A DNA stretch of 64,000 nucleotides from Paramoeba atlantica. Its lineage: Eukaryota > Protista > Discosea. Below are positions 40,320-51,836 of this stretch, piece after piece. The first letter of the stretch is position 1. Each line of letters begins with the position of its first letter. The stretch is taken from positions 1 through 64,000 of the forward strand of contig CDRNVI010000027.1 of NCBI GenBank assembly GCA_977017575.1, in the 5' to 3' direction. The notes under the pieces were generated by a model. It saw nothing but the letters and a program-made list of their open reading frames with translations, did no database searches and was not told where the DNA came from. Position numbers and translations under genes: made by a program.

Positions 40320-41100
40320 GGTACATTCATACCTATGCGAGTTTCCATACATGTATGTATACATGCTTATCCGGTGCGGCTGATAGGGTCCGCTGGGTTT
40401 TCGGCAGATCTCACATAACGTGCCATGATACATACGCCAAGGTTCTGATTTGTCTTCAACACACGCTTGAGCTCTCCGGCAATACTGTCGGATTTCGCGA
40501 TCTTGCGGTTGAATGCTGCTTGGCAAGAGGTGTTGCCAATAAACTAATCAACACAGGTTCCTTTTTGAAAGTGGTGTGTCAGTTTTTCAAACGCAAGTCG
40601 AACGGCCATCGCCTCAGCGTGATTCACTTCGTATTTGAACTCAGGTTGCCATTTATCGCCAACAATAATCACTTGTCCGTCGTCCCGGTAAAGAACCGCG
40701 CCCCATCCTTTAGCTGACGCATCCGTGTACAGTCGGTGTTTATGCGGGACAACGTCAGGATGCGGAGGTGGTCATATAGGCTCATTTACCAAAATGATAT
40801 CACGCCAATTCGCGAGAATCGATCGGGTGGCTGTCGGAAGAGGAACCGGTTGATGTGCGAGTTCGGGGCATCGGTTTAACTCATTGATACGTCGTCTAAC
40901 AATCTTTAAGGGGAAATGATAGTCTGGAATAATATGACCCAAGACCGCTGCTGCATAGAGGAGGAGCCCCACCGCCGTCTCCAATTGAGAGTACGTAATA
41001 TTACGAAACCGATCTCGTGACATTTTCCGTATAACCCTAGGCCCCAGGTTGACCTTATGGGTTACGTGATTGTAGAAGACGCCGTTAAAAACATATTCAG
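40320..41100 (-). pseudogene. DIRS/VIPER/TATE-type RT-connection and RNase H remnant
   Basis: LETAVGLLLYAAAVL, then LYTDASAKGWGAVL, NHAEAMAV and YVRSAENPADPISR read manually on the minus strand. Confidence 0.8.
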
Positions 41101-42359
41101 TGGAGGGGTCAAAACCAGCCTCCTTGAACAAACCACGGCGGGGAGCGCGGCGGCGGCGACGCATGGGGTAGCTCAAGCTCCCTCCCCAAGAGGGGGGGCG
41201 AAACAGGTCGCGGGAAGGGCGACGCAGCAGGGTGGAGGGGACGGCGAAGGGGGCGGCGCTAGGGGGTGAAGTGGGCGGCGGAAGGGGGGCTTAATTTCCC
41301 CAGGGGTGAAGGGGTGCATGGGGGAAATTGATGGGGGTGCATGGGGGAAATTCAACAAGGTGTGCTGTGTGATCCTCCGTATCTCCAGATGCAGCGGCTA
41401 TTCCATCGTCAAATGGCGGAGACCCGAGAGATCGACCGGGCTCCCCTCCTGTTTCCGGAATTTGCACGTCTGCAGAATTCAATGCTGCACCGGACATGGC
41501 GCTTGATGCCGTTCTTATAGCATCAGCTGCGACAGCGCACGTTCTTTTGGCAAGTGGCACTGTAGGAGTTTGTATTCTCGACCGATAAGGTGTGGATGCG
41601 CAATGCAGTGAAGGCGATGAAGGCCGCAGGCCGGGCGATGGTTGCGAGCGTAGTGCAGAGGAGGATGGTTCAGGTTTGGTGATTTGTCTGATGTTGGCGG
41701 CGGAGGCGGCGGAGATCGCACCTCGGTTGCTTTCTTCTTTCGCCGGGTGGAGGGGAGAGGCAAAATTTCGGGAGATACTCCCGATTCCTTCGCCTTAGAG
41801 CGGGTGACCACTCCCATGGGAAAGTAAGAATAAAGGGGATATAAAACAAAAAGTCAACAAGTCAACAATGAAATATACTTGAAATATACTTGTATTCCCC
41901 ATGTGCCCCTTCACTCCTATCCTTGGAGACCTTCTCGTTTTTTTTAAACTATCCAGGGTGTCATAGAAGGAGGTTTTCTTGACCCTTTCTTTTGTTAAGG
42001 GGGGTGGACTTTATAAGCTTTTTCCTATTTGGGTATCTATAGATATTATGTATATAATAATACATATTGGCATTGAACAAACGAAACTATGTTGATACGT
42101 TTGGCTCAAATGCTGTACCTATTCGCGTAAGGAAAGTTGCTATGACTTCATCGACGCGTTCTTTACGGAATTTACGGAGTGTGTCACCCGGTGCAGACGA
42201 GCTCGCGCCTACCGAGACGCTGCCTGCACAGGCTTTGAATCAACTATGTACGGTTGTGAGAGAAAAGTTACTTGTTGCTCAAGGTGAAAGACCAAGTGTA
42301 AGAGTTCGTGCGGTATTTCGCAGGAAGGATGAACCGAACGAGCCCACACAGATGCTGTT

Positions 42360-42735
42360 AAATTGTGAAGGGCACTGGTCGAGCTCCATTGTGAGCCCCG
42401 CTGGTGAGAGAGCCTCGCAAGCTCCACACACCCTAGCGTGAGTCATCCCTGGTGGTGGAACAGAATATAACGACTGTTCCACTACTTCTTTGCCCCAGGA
42501 TTCGAATCCATCGGGCATTGAAGTCACGGATGACAAGTCAGACCACGCAACCTGACAGGTATTGCTTGTCTATCTGCGAGTGCGGCATCCCACTGGGAAA
42601 GTCTGCGCGCGACTGACAGCGTACCACCCACGGAGTACGGTAATACCCGGTGCCGTTTCACACGAGCACTAAATAACTAGGGTGTACTCTGAACCCATAG
42701 CCAGTCATGGCCAAACGGGTTAAACAACAACAACA
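42360..42735 (+). repeat. Inverted, uninterrupted copy of the 5' region of CRE element A
   Basis: Reverse complement of 39056-39365 joined to 37280-37342. Confidence 0.9.
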
Positions 42736-42769
42736 AATGCTGTACCTACTGCTGCCTTCCGGGGATAAG

Positions 42770-45700
42770 TGGTTCCGCAACTGGGCGTACACTTCCGTCC
42801 CATTCAGTTCCTGAAGTAGGAGCTTGAACTCCATTTCAGTTGCTCGACGATTTAAGAGAGTCGCGTCGGATAGGACATGCAACAGAGATCTCGTATTTTG
42901 ATGAAGAGAGCCGCAGGACAGCACTGGGATGCACTGAAATGCGAAGTCGGGAATTTTTCCGGATGTCACATACGTATCCCGTTTCCGCTTGATTGCATCT
43001 TTTTTTTTTGCTTAATGTATTAGGGATTTATGCGCAGCTAAAGAAATACTTAGACGGCTGCACGCAAACTCAAGAATATAGTATATAAATTCAAACACAA
43101 ATTCACGATAAGCTGAGTCAGCTTGTAAAATACATAGAATATCATTTTTGGGATAGTTTTTTTTTTTGGTGGTCCAAAATTTTCGAGTTGCAAAGTAGAG
43201 CAAAAGCTTTATTAACTTTTGCAAAAAGTTTTAACATATGGAAATTGTTTCTAATGTTATATACAAATCAAGTCATAGAAGACCTAAGGAGTATACCCAG
43301 TCAATATTGGGTTAAATTAAAGCAAAATTCGCCTTTTTTTAATGTTATACTTTAAATGTAATACTTTAATGTTTCTAATGTAATACTTTATTGTTTGCTT
43401 TGCACTTCTTTGTGCCCTTCCAGGTACGAGAGGTCCTAAGGTGGCGTACATTCCTTTGCATTTTTTAGTACACCTCCATTTCCCGTCAGTGACGTGCATA
43501 GTATAGGGCGCCTTGTGTAGTCTTTTATAACATACAACCTTCTGAGCCACCAACTTATGGGTTCTTAACCACTCCCTGCATTTCGATTCGCTCCACACAG
43601 AAACTTTGCTCAAAGTGAGATTTCCTCGGCAAGCGAAACCGTTGCATCCTTTACAGGGCATGTGTTGGAGTTGAGGAGTCTGAATCTAAAAAATGAATCT
43701 GAAAAATAAAGGAAAAAGTGGAAATACGTGATACGATACAAAAAAAGATACAATTATTTTTAGTGGGGACGACTTTCCTTTTTTTTTCAAAAAAGGCGAA
43801 TTTTGCTTTAATTTCACCCAATATTGTTATTGTTATTTTTTTTTTAAATAAAAACACAGGTCTTAATAAAAACAAAGGTCTTAATAAAAGCAAAGATCAT
43901 CTAATCCATCCGGTTTTAGGTTGTAGTTTGTTTGCTCGTTGCTTTTTTTTTGGAGGTATTATTCACAGATTTTTAGGTAATAATTTACCGCATGATTGTT
44001 TTCGACTTTAGGCGTTGTTGTTGGAATTGACGTGGACTTGCGCATATATATATACCATATGTATATTGCTTAAAAACGAATCTCTCACTATTATTATTTT
44101 GCGGTATGTTCTTTTAGTTGCAACTTTACGCAGAGAAAATAAGCGGTCTTGACACGGGTTCTTTTTGCGAACTTTATTTTTGCATCAGTAAGAATTTCGC
44201 CTTGGAGCGGGTGACCATATTATTATTGCATATTATTATTATTGCATCAGTAAGAATTTCGCCTTGGAGCGGGTGACCACTCCCATAGAAATGTAGAAAG
44301 TAAAAAAATCAACAACGCATTCTCGTTCGCGACTCGCTTTGCCGCCCCATTACGCCTCCTCCTCCTCCTCCACCCTCTTTGCCGCCCCCTCCTCCGCCTC
44401 CCTTTGTGCTGCGCAGGAATTCGATAAGGAGATCCGGCAGGTCTTAGTGAAATGGTATGACGCTGACGAATTTTTTTATCTTTTTTTTTTATCATGTGCC
44501 CCGTAGGGCCACGGTCAGATCTCATACAGAATCAAAAGTATCTTCTTTGATCAATTCTTTCCGTAAACTATAATAAGCTAATACTTTTATTTTTTTTCTG
44601 ATGATTAGAGACTAATTTTCTGCGTCTGCCGATTTGACAAATAGCTAGGCATCTGGGCATAGACTTCGTTTCCATTTAAGTCTTGAAGAATCAATTTGAA
44701 TTCCATTTCCACTCTCCCTCGATCCAGCATTGCCGCATCCGCCAACGCGTGAAGTACGAACCTTGTGTTTTGGTGGAGAGATCCGCAAGAAAGCACAGGT
44801 AGACACTGGAAGGCGTAATCAGGAATCATTCCAGTGGCGACGTACGTTTCATTCTTGCGTGCGATGACATCTTGCAGAAGTTTCGTGCAAGTCTTGTTTT
44901 GGTTGGATGATGATAATTCATGGACTACCGATAGGTCATAGAAAATTTCGCCCGTGTTCCAGAATACCACCAGATCAGGCCCCAAACGATAATATTGCCC
45001 TCTGCCCTCCCTCTTCGCCGCTCTCCTGGCGGTCTTGCTCACCGTGCTCCTCCCCCGCATCCTCGCTGCCCTCCTTGTCGCCATCTCTGCCGCCCTCATC
45101 ACTTCCCTTGTCGCTGTCGTCCTTTTTTTTTTTTTCTATATGAATATATGGAGTATCATTCTTTTTTTTTGTATGTAAATTTCTTAGTTTTTCCTCCTTC
45201 CACAAGCAATCAGCCCACCCCAAACTAGCAAACAATTTCCCCCCACGAAGCCGCCTCCCTGAAGAGAAATGCAGTGAAAAAGTGACACCCGGAAGGTAAA
45301 AACACCCGGGGGTTTTTCCTACCCCCCCACACTGTGCCCTACCCCCCACAATTAAATCCCAGCTCGTACCGGTTGAGCTCGCGAGTAGAAAACCCATTTC
45401 GCATGAACATTACTCTTCAATTCCGTATCCATTAATAATCGCGTCGGGGGATGATGTAGGCAGCCGCAATACGAGCATACGACGTATGTATCCCGTTTCC
45501 GCTTGATTGCATCAGTAAGAAGCTGGGAACAAGATTTCGCTTGATTGGAGTTCGATAGCTCGTGCACCACGGTTAGATCGTAAAATATTTCCCCGGTTGA
45601 CCAATATATCACCAAATCAGGCCCTGAGCGAAACAGCTGACGTCCGGCACATGTTTTGTCATGAATCATTTTGTTGCTTGGAAACACTTTATTCTTGCAA

Positions 45701-46381
45701 ATTCCGCATTGCCAAGTCGAAAAAGCTCGCGGTTCTTTCTCGCATTGTATACCGGCCTTTTGTGCCAAATCGAAGATATACTTAACCAGCCGATTGTGCT
45801 TCATTGTGGTATTAAGCCCTGTACATTGGACGCATCCGGGGATGTGCTGCAAAGCTGTTTTGTTGTCGAGTAACATACGACAGCCGGGGCACAGCAGCGA
45901 TTTCGGGAGTCGAGGGTGAGGCATCCCAAGGCGTGTCATGATTGCAATCTGAAATGCACGCGTGGGTACAAATTTAGCATTAGACTGTAACCAGTCATAG
46001 CTTCCTTTCCGCTCTCAGATCTTTAGAACGGCAAAAGCTCTTATGAGCTACAAAACTTTGAAAACTCTCAATCCTACCTCTCCATCCAAATCTGCCAACC
46101 ACTATGACCTTGAACTTTTGAAAAACCTTTAAAACCCGTAGTCCTCCCCACTGTTCTTGTGAGGAAGGTATTGCCGAAGCTGCGAGTGGGCAGCTGCCCC
46201 GTTTGACTCCTGTAGATACAATTTGAATTCTGAAATCACGGACATACGCGGAAGTTGGCCCCTATCCGCCAGCGTCTTGAGAAGATTTTCTGTATTGCGA
46301 TGCAGCGCTCCACCGGAAAGCAAGGGAAGGCATTCAAATTTGTTTCCCGGTATTAAACCCGAATTGACGTACGTTACTTGC
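42770..46381 (-). pseudogene. Mosaic of CRE-like C-terminal fragments (42770-42990, 44605-44995, 45480-45960, 46129-46381)
   Basis: Recurrent CPGC…HIPGC, HN…EKEP, GPD…YDL.V.HEL, TYV.SG.IP…C.P.LS.G.LH motifs. Confidence 0.85.
43400..43661 (-). pseudogene. Possible Merlin/ISXO2-like transposase N-terminal Zn-ribbon fragment
   Basis: SKCREWLRTHKLV…C…M…WRCTKKC pattern; catalytic domain not seen. Confidence 0.4.
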
Positions 46382-46641
46382 TTTCTAAAATTTTCATCAT
46401 GGGCTGAAAAAGGACTACATGTTTTCGTACGTCCCACTTGGGGATTAGCATCCCACACGGGGACATACATTTTAATTTCGTCTGTTTTAGAAAATAGGAT
46501 AAACTAAACTCTTCAATTCTTGCAGAAGTGTAACTCATTAAATATTAGACTCATTCCATGTGCTATACGTTCTTCTATTTTCTTCTAATGGGCAAACTAG
46601 ATGAGGGCTACGTATGATTTGCTTTGAAAATACGGAATTCC

Positions 46642-48885
46642 CTACGGGCGCCGTAGGCTCTCAATATAAGTACCGATGGAGGGCAGTGGTGTCAAGTCTT
46701 CAGCGCTGGATTTTCTCGTGAAGGGATCTGCTATTTGGGCGTTGGTAGGTACCCACTTTACTTCCAGGTTAGTGTTTGATGGGATGTACTGCATCCACCT
46801 ATTGGCAGTGAAGTTAGTGCTTGCACGCCTCTGGAGGGCCATGGCTACAGGCGCGTTGTCGACGTTCAATAGAATGTCCCGATGTCCTTTTCTGACTGCT
46901 GCCATAATTCCACCAAGAGCCGCACTCAGCTCTGAGTAGAATATATGGGCTCCGGGCTTTGTCATGCCTTGTTTTGCAGTTTCGAGAATGCCTTGATTGA
47001 ACAACAGAATAGCCCATACGATTGAACTGGCATCAGTCCAAACTTCCACCTTTTCTTCTTTGGGTGTATGACCTATCTTTTTTAACCAAACATTTCGCTT
47101 GAGTGCGGAAAATGCATCAGTCAGTTCGCCTAACAGGTGGTCGGTCGGAGAGAAGGAGATCTCCCAAGACTTTTCGTCGTGCACTTTTCTGGCAACTTTT
47201 CCTAGTGTTTGAAGAAGGTGTGCAAAAGTGCATAGTGGGATTTTCATAACCGTTGCCCTCCACATTAGTAAGCCAGAAAGCGTATACAGTTCCACAGCTG
47301 TCCACGTCCCATTCCCGATTATGTCATTGTATCTTGAATACGCCTTTTCAGTCCACTTTTCTGACATGCAGTACTTCTTATTTTTTAGATCAAATTCAAT
47401 ACCAAGTACGCACGCTTCCTGTAGTGGCTTCATGGTGAGATCATCTACTTCTAGTTGAACTGCGTGGACTCGGGCGCGAAATTCTTTTGCATGGTTTTCT
47501 ACTTCTGACTTGGATTTTCCAAACAAAAGAAAATTGTCTACCCAGGCCAATCCAATGTCCCGGACAATGCAATTTGAAACTCGCTGTGCAATAGCCGGGG
47601 CCCATGACCATCCCATGGGCATGGAAGAAAATTGAATACTGCATGTTTCTCCTCTAGCGTGACCTAAAACCGCTCCAAAGTAGGATCGGATCTCGGGAGT
47701 GAGGGAAAATTGGTAAAAGTAACTCCGTGCGTCCGCGTGAGCCATCCATTCCGAATCTAGCAGATTTTCAATCACGTTATGTATGGATGGTAGGTGCATT
47801 GCGGGGGGGCATTCGAAAACTCGGTTGAGTTTCCTACAATCGCAGATTAGACGAAGTGTGGAGTCTTTCTTCGGAACTGTAAAGGTACGATGTACTACTA
47901 TCGGTCCTTCGGTCTTCTCTACAACCCCCATGCGTAATAAGTCTGGTAAATGATGTCTCATAAATCGAGATACTGGTCGATTGCCTTTAGGTGCACGCAG
48001 CATGTGCGCGTGAAAGGCGTTGACGTTCTGTAGTAGATGTAAAAAGTCTAGACTGCCATCGTCATTCATATTGTTCAGTATAGAATATGACAGTCTTGTG
48101 GTTGTGATAGGAGCTATTATTCCCTGATTTTTGTACGCTCGCACGCTCGGTGGTCGGGTGAGCTGCCCGTGAGACATAGACTGATTGTTTGTGTCTTCAA
48201 TTTTCTTCGTTGCAATGTTAGCAATGTCCGTTGAATTATGCACGTAGATAGGTTCGGGATTCGGTTCGCCTATAATGTTATCGCTATCTAGCGTGATCTT
48301 ACCGATGTGCAAGGGGAACCTACCTTGTAATTGACGTTTTAGTATGTAAACAGCTGAATTAGTTTTCTTGTCATGTCCTTTGGTGTTTTCTGGGTTCACA
48401 GTAATTTTGTCGCGTCCTGTAGCCCTAGGGACAAGGCCACTTCCAGTCGAGGGAGATATATCCACAATGTCTCCAGATCTTTGTGCTTGGCCAACAGCTG
48501 TATTACCGACAGTGGAACTCCCTCTCTGAGGAGTGATACTAGAGCCCCTCTTTTTACATAATGTGCCGACAACTCTGCTTTCACCCGCTTCAGCACGGCA
48601 TTGGCTCTCAGCGTCGTTAAAGTCGTGAACTTGTCTTCTGGCTTCAGCTTGTCCAATTGGTCCATGAAGATTTTCCACTCCGTCAAGTTGCAAGTCATTG
48701 GAATAGCAGTCCCTACTCTGAAGGGATCCCCTTTGTGAGTCGGAAACGTTACTCCCAGTATTCTCCGCTCGAGATCTACCACTTGTAAATCTAATTTCCT
48801 CAGATGTTTGACATCGTCTATTCTGCTGCATGTCTTCCACGCCAAGGTCAGGCCCGCGGCTTCGTCCGGAAGCAGCCATTCGCAC
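46642..48885 (-). CDS. Reverse transcriptase plus RNase H (TATE/DIRS type); true start uncertain
   Basis: RLICDCRKLN, DARSYFYQF, SMPMGWSWAP, AWVDN, VWTDASS, IFYSEL, NVDN, QIADPFTR. Confidence 0.92.
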   Translation of the reverse strand: MRMAASGRSRGPDLGVEDMQQNRRCQTSEEIRFTSGRSRAENTGSNVSDSQRGSLQSRDCYSNDLQLDGVENLHGPIGQAEARRQVHDFNDAESQCRAEAGESRVVGTLCKKRGSSITPQRGSSTVGNTAVGQAQRSGDIVDISPSTGSGLVPRATGRDKITVNPENTKGHDKKTNSAVYILKRQLQGRFPLHIGKITLDSDNIIGEPNPEPIYVHNSTDIANIATKKIEDTNNQSMSHGQLTRPPSVRAYKNQGIIAPITTTRLSYSILNNMNDDGSLDFLHLLQNVNAFHAHMLRAPKGNRPVSRFMRHHLPDLLRMGVVEKTEGPIVVHRTFTVPKKDSTLRLICDCRKLNRVFECPPAMHLPSIHNVIENLLDSEWMAHADARSYFYQFSLTPEIRSYFGAVLGHARGETCSIQFSSMPMGWSWAPAIAQRVSNCIVRDIGLAWVDNFLLFGKSKSEVENHAKEFRARVHAVQLEVDDLTMKPLQEACVLGIEFDLKNKKYCMSEKWTEKAYSRYNDIIGNGTWTAVELYTLSGLLMWRATVMKIPLCTFAHLLQTLGKVARKVHDEKSWEISFSPTDHLLGELTDAFSALKRNVWLKKIGHTPKEEKVEVWTDASSIVWAILLFNQGILETAKQGMTKPGAHIFYSELSAALGGIMAAVRKGHRDILLNVDNAPVAMALQRRASTNFTANRWMQYIPSNTNLEVKWVPTNAQIADPFTRKSSAEDLTPLPSIGTYIESLRRP

Positions 48886-49543
48886 GCCTCCAATACTTGT
48901 TCGCGTGTAGCCGGGGGCGCCTGATGCTCCGGTATTTGAGCCCCTTGACGCTGAAGGGATCGCATATAGGCTGTTGCTGTCGACTTTTGCAATTGACCCC
49001 AGATCGGAATATGATTTGTATCAGACTCTTTGCATACGTATGTGCGGTTTGGATGCTGATGGTACCCCGTTGAGTTTGCGGATTGATTAGTCCCATTTTC
49101 GACTCCAAGAAGCATATTATGCACCAATCTTCGCTTGGAACGTCGTTTCCGAGATTTTCCTTCCAAACTGTATACTGTTTGTACACGCTGGAAAGGTGAT
49201 TCCAGCGCGAGTTGGATTTCTCTTCTAATAGACGATCCTGGCCTAGAACGATCATTTGTTGAACGTCGACTGTAGGAATCGCGGCTCTTGTTTCTCTGTT
49301 GCCTTCCACGCGGTCGAGGAAGAGGTCTTCGATCTCCAGTAAGCTCTTTGCTCTTGATCTTGTTACTATCCTTGTAACAGCCCTGTTGCTCGTGGAAGGT
49401 TGCTTGTACTGAGTACTTCGGACATGACTGGTAGTGCCGGCGCCGGTTGTGGTTTCCGTTTGTTTTCCGTATGTTTCGTTTCCCTCTTCTTGAAATTGAT
49501 TTTTTATGCCCCTTAATAAATATATTTCCAGAATATTCTTCAC
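48396..49543 (-). pseudogene. Tyrosine recombinase, frameshifted near 49010
   Basis: N-terminal part in ORF 48848-49543; catalytic part in 48396-49166 with TCSR, THKGD, SAHYVKRGAL, KH…IYL. Confidence 0.85.
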
Positions 49544-49639
49544 TGTAAAGATTATTGCCCCTAATGTTGATAGTTCTATTATATTGCCCCTTATATAATC
49601 TATTGTTTCTTGGACTAAATTTCTGTTGAATTCTTCGAG

Positions 49640-50395
49640 TCAGAATTTTTTCCCTTGCGGTTTTGTCATCGGGCCCGCGTTTCGCCCTGTTCGGTCGTTT
49701 TTTGTCTCCATGGCTTTGATCATTGCAGGTAGAATTTTTCCCCGCAGTCCCCCGGTCGTTTTTGCTTCTTCAAGAGCCTGTGCGAAGACGCGGCAGTCCC
49801 CATGTTGAACGCGAACTTTGTAAGCAACCAACGCCGCCAATATGTTGTCCCCGACCGCCATGTTCCCGTCTGATTTCCATACAAGTCCCATTTTCATTGA
49901 GTTTCGCACCCAAGCCAAAAATGCTAGCAACAAATCGTTCTTCCGATGCTCGTCTTGGTGATAGCGTGGGGCATTGCGTTCGGCAGCTCCAATACCAAAG
50001 TAGCGACGCAAATGAGCGTCCAATTCCACAAAACTACGATCTCGCGTCTCCGAGGGTGCCTCGATGAACATCGCGTACGTAGATAATTCAAGCGGTTCGA
50101 ACGTTCCAGTCTCTCGGCCTTCAACACGCTCCATCGCAGCGGAGTAAGGGTCAGTGGCGAGTTTCTCCACCCCATGTAATCGAGCATTCGTCGGAGGAAA
50201 CGTAAGCTCGCCAAATTTCGCATAGTCCACCAACATAGTTGTTTTCTCTTCGCCAATCTTCTTCACCACTCCCTTCCACATTTCTCCACGTGGCACTTTG
50301 TCTGAGGACCATAAAACCGCGATAGTGTCGCCAACCTGACTCTCGGCCACAAACCGTCCAATGCGAGAGTCAGATAGTGGGGGGAGGTCATTCAT
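49640..50395 (-). CDS. TATE ORF1 (gag-like) with an N-terminal Tudor/SH3-like motif
   Basis: Intact ATG ORF, first in the element; GDTIAVLW…WKGVV…VDY…FPP. Confidence 0.7.
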   Translation of the reverse strand: MNDLPPLSDSRIGRFVAESQVGDTIAVLWSSDKVPRGEMWKGVVKKIGEEKTTMLVDYAKFGELTFPPTNARLHGVEKLATDPYSAAMERVEGRETGTFEPLELSTYAMFIEAPSETRDRSFVELDAHLRRYFGIGAAERNAPRYHQDEHRKNDLLLAFLAWVRNSMKMGLVWKSDGNMAVGDNILAALVAYKVRVQHGDCRVFAQALEEAKTTGGLRGKILPAMIKAMETKNDRTGRNAGPMTKPQGKKF

Positions 50396-50664
50396 TGTGC
50401 GTTTTTTGCTTTGAAAATACGGCTAGGATTACAATGAGTTACACATAATTATCCATCGTTTACTTCCATACATGTATGAATACGGTGCATTAAAACGATT
50501 TCACATTTTTACATGTATTACTCAAAGAGTTCCTGCAATACTAAATATTATAAATAAATGTTATAAATAAAATAATACGGGTATTTTCTAAAATTTTCAT
50601 CATGGGCTGAAAAAGGACTACATGTTTTCGTACGTCCCACTTGGGGATTAGCATCCCACACGGG

Positions 50665-50940
50665 AGCTTTCAGAACCAAACTTCGCTAAATGTGTCCGAA
50701 GGCACAGTCATGGGAATACGATCCCGTGGAGGATGCAAGAAAAGCACGCTGCAGTACATTGGCATTGCTGGACACAAGCAGGGACACACGTTTCAAGGTT
50801 TCTTACCGCCACAAGCAAATGTTAGAGACTACATGATACGATGGAAGATATCGCAAGACCGCAACACCTCCGAAAGTCCAATCGGATATCCAAACGAACC
50901 CCATCAAGAGTCAAGCCTCGCATCGAATGAAAATTCACGC
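50665..50940 (+). pseudogene. CRE-like N-terminal (Tudor-like) fragment
   Basis: NVSEGTV…LQYIGIAGHKQGHTFQGFLPPQANVR..IRW aligns with 35692-35905 and 59236-59458. Confidence 0.75.
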
Positions 50941-50981
50941 AATCAATGGACAGTTTTTTTTTATATATGTATGTACGGTAT

Positions 50982-51836
50982 GACTTTCTCACTTACTTTC
51001 CTACTTGCTCAACTTCTTTCCCTCACTTCCCCCCATTTTGAAAACGAGCAAAATATAAAACTAGTAAATATATGCTTTCCCATCTTACCCACTTCCCTTT
51101 ACCAATCTTTTCAGCTTTCCAGGGAGGGTGAGGTCTCCCTCTGCTAGGAGGGGCAGACTTTCCCCTAACCATTCGCGCGTTCCGGACCGGGTCTTTCGAC
51201 CTCTCCCAGCTTGCCTTGTTAACCCTTCTCTTGTTGTACGAGAGGGTTTTTTTTTCTTTTTTTTTCTTTTTATGAGAACCTTTCTTTTTATGAGAACCTT
51301 TCTTTTTATAGAGAACCTTTCTTTTTATAGAGAACCTTTCTTTTGATAGAGAACCTTTCTTTTTATAGAGAACCTTTCTTTTTATAGAGAACCTTTCTTT
51401 TTATAGCTTTACTTGCTCTATTTTTACTCCGTGTAAAGTAAAGTCAGCTGAGTAGTATTCTACCGCATTTTTTGGTTGGATGATTTGCAATTTGGTTTTA
51501 GACGTATTTTGATGGTCTAAAAAACGCGGAAGATAAATGGATAGGAAGGAACTTCTTTTTTTTTTTTTTTGGACTTTCTCACTTACTTTCCTACTTGCTC
51601 AACTTCTTTCCCTCACTTCCCCCCATTTTGAAAACGAGCAAAATACGAAACTAGTAAATATATGCTTTCCCATCTTACCCACTTCCCTTTACCAATCTTT
51701 TCAGCTTTCCAGGGAGGGTGAGGTCTCCCTCTGCTAGGAGGGGCAGACTTTCCCCTAACTATTCGCGCGTTCCGGACCGGGTCTTTCGACCTCTCCCAGC
51801 TTGCCTTGTTAACCCTTCTCTTGTTGTACGAGAGGG
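50982..51836. repeat. 265-bp direct repeat (50982-51246 and 51572-51836) separated by a 20-bp minisatellite (TTTTTATAGAGAACCTTTCT) at about 51265-51405
   Basis: Directly visible; a short part recurs at 52262-52285. Confidence 0.92.

Larger units (their letters stand above)
46382..50664 (-). mobile_element. TATE/DIRS-like tyrosine-recombinase retrotransposon (4.28 kb) with 80-bp direct terminal repeats
   Basis: ORF order gag-like, YR, overlapping RT-RNase H; identical 80-mers at 46382-46461 and 50585-50664. Confidence 0.88.
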
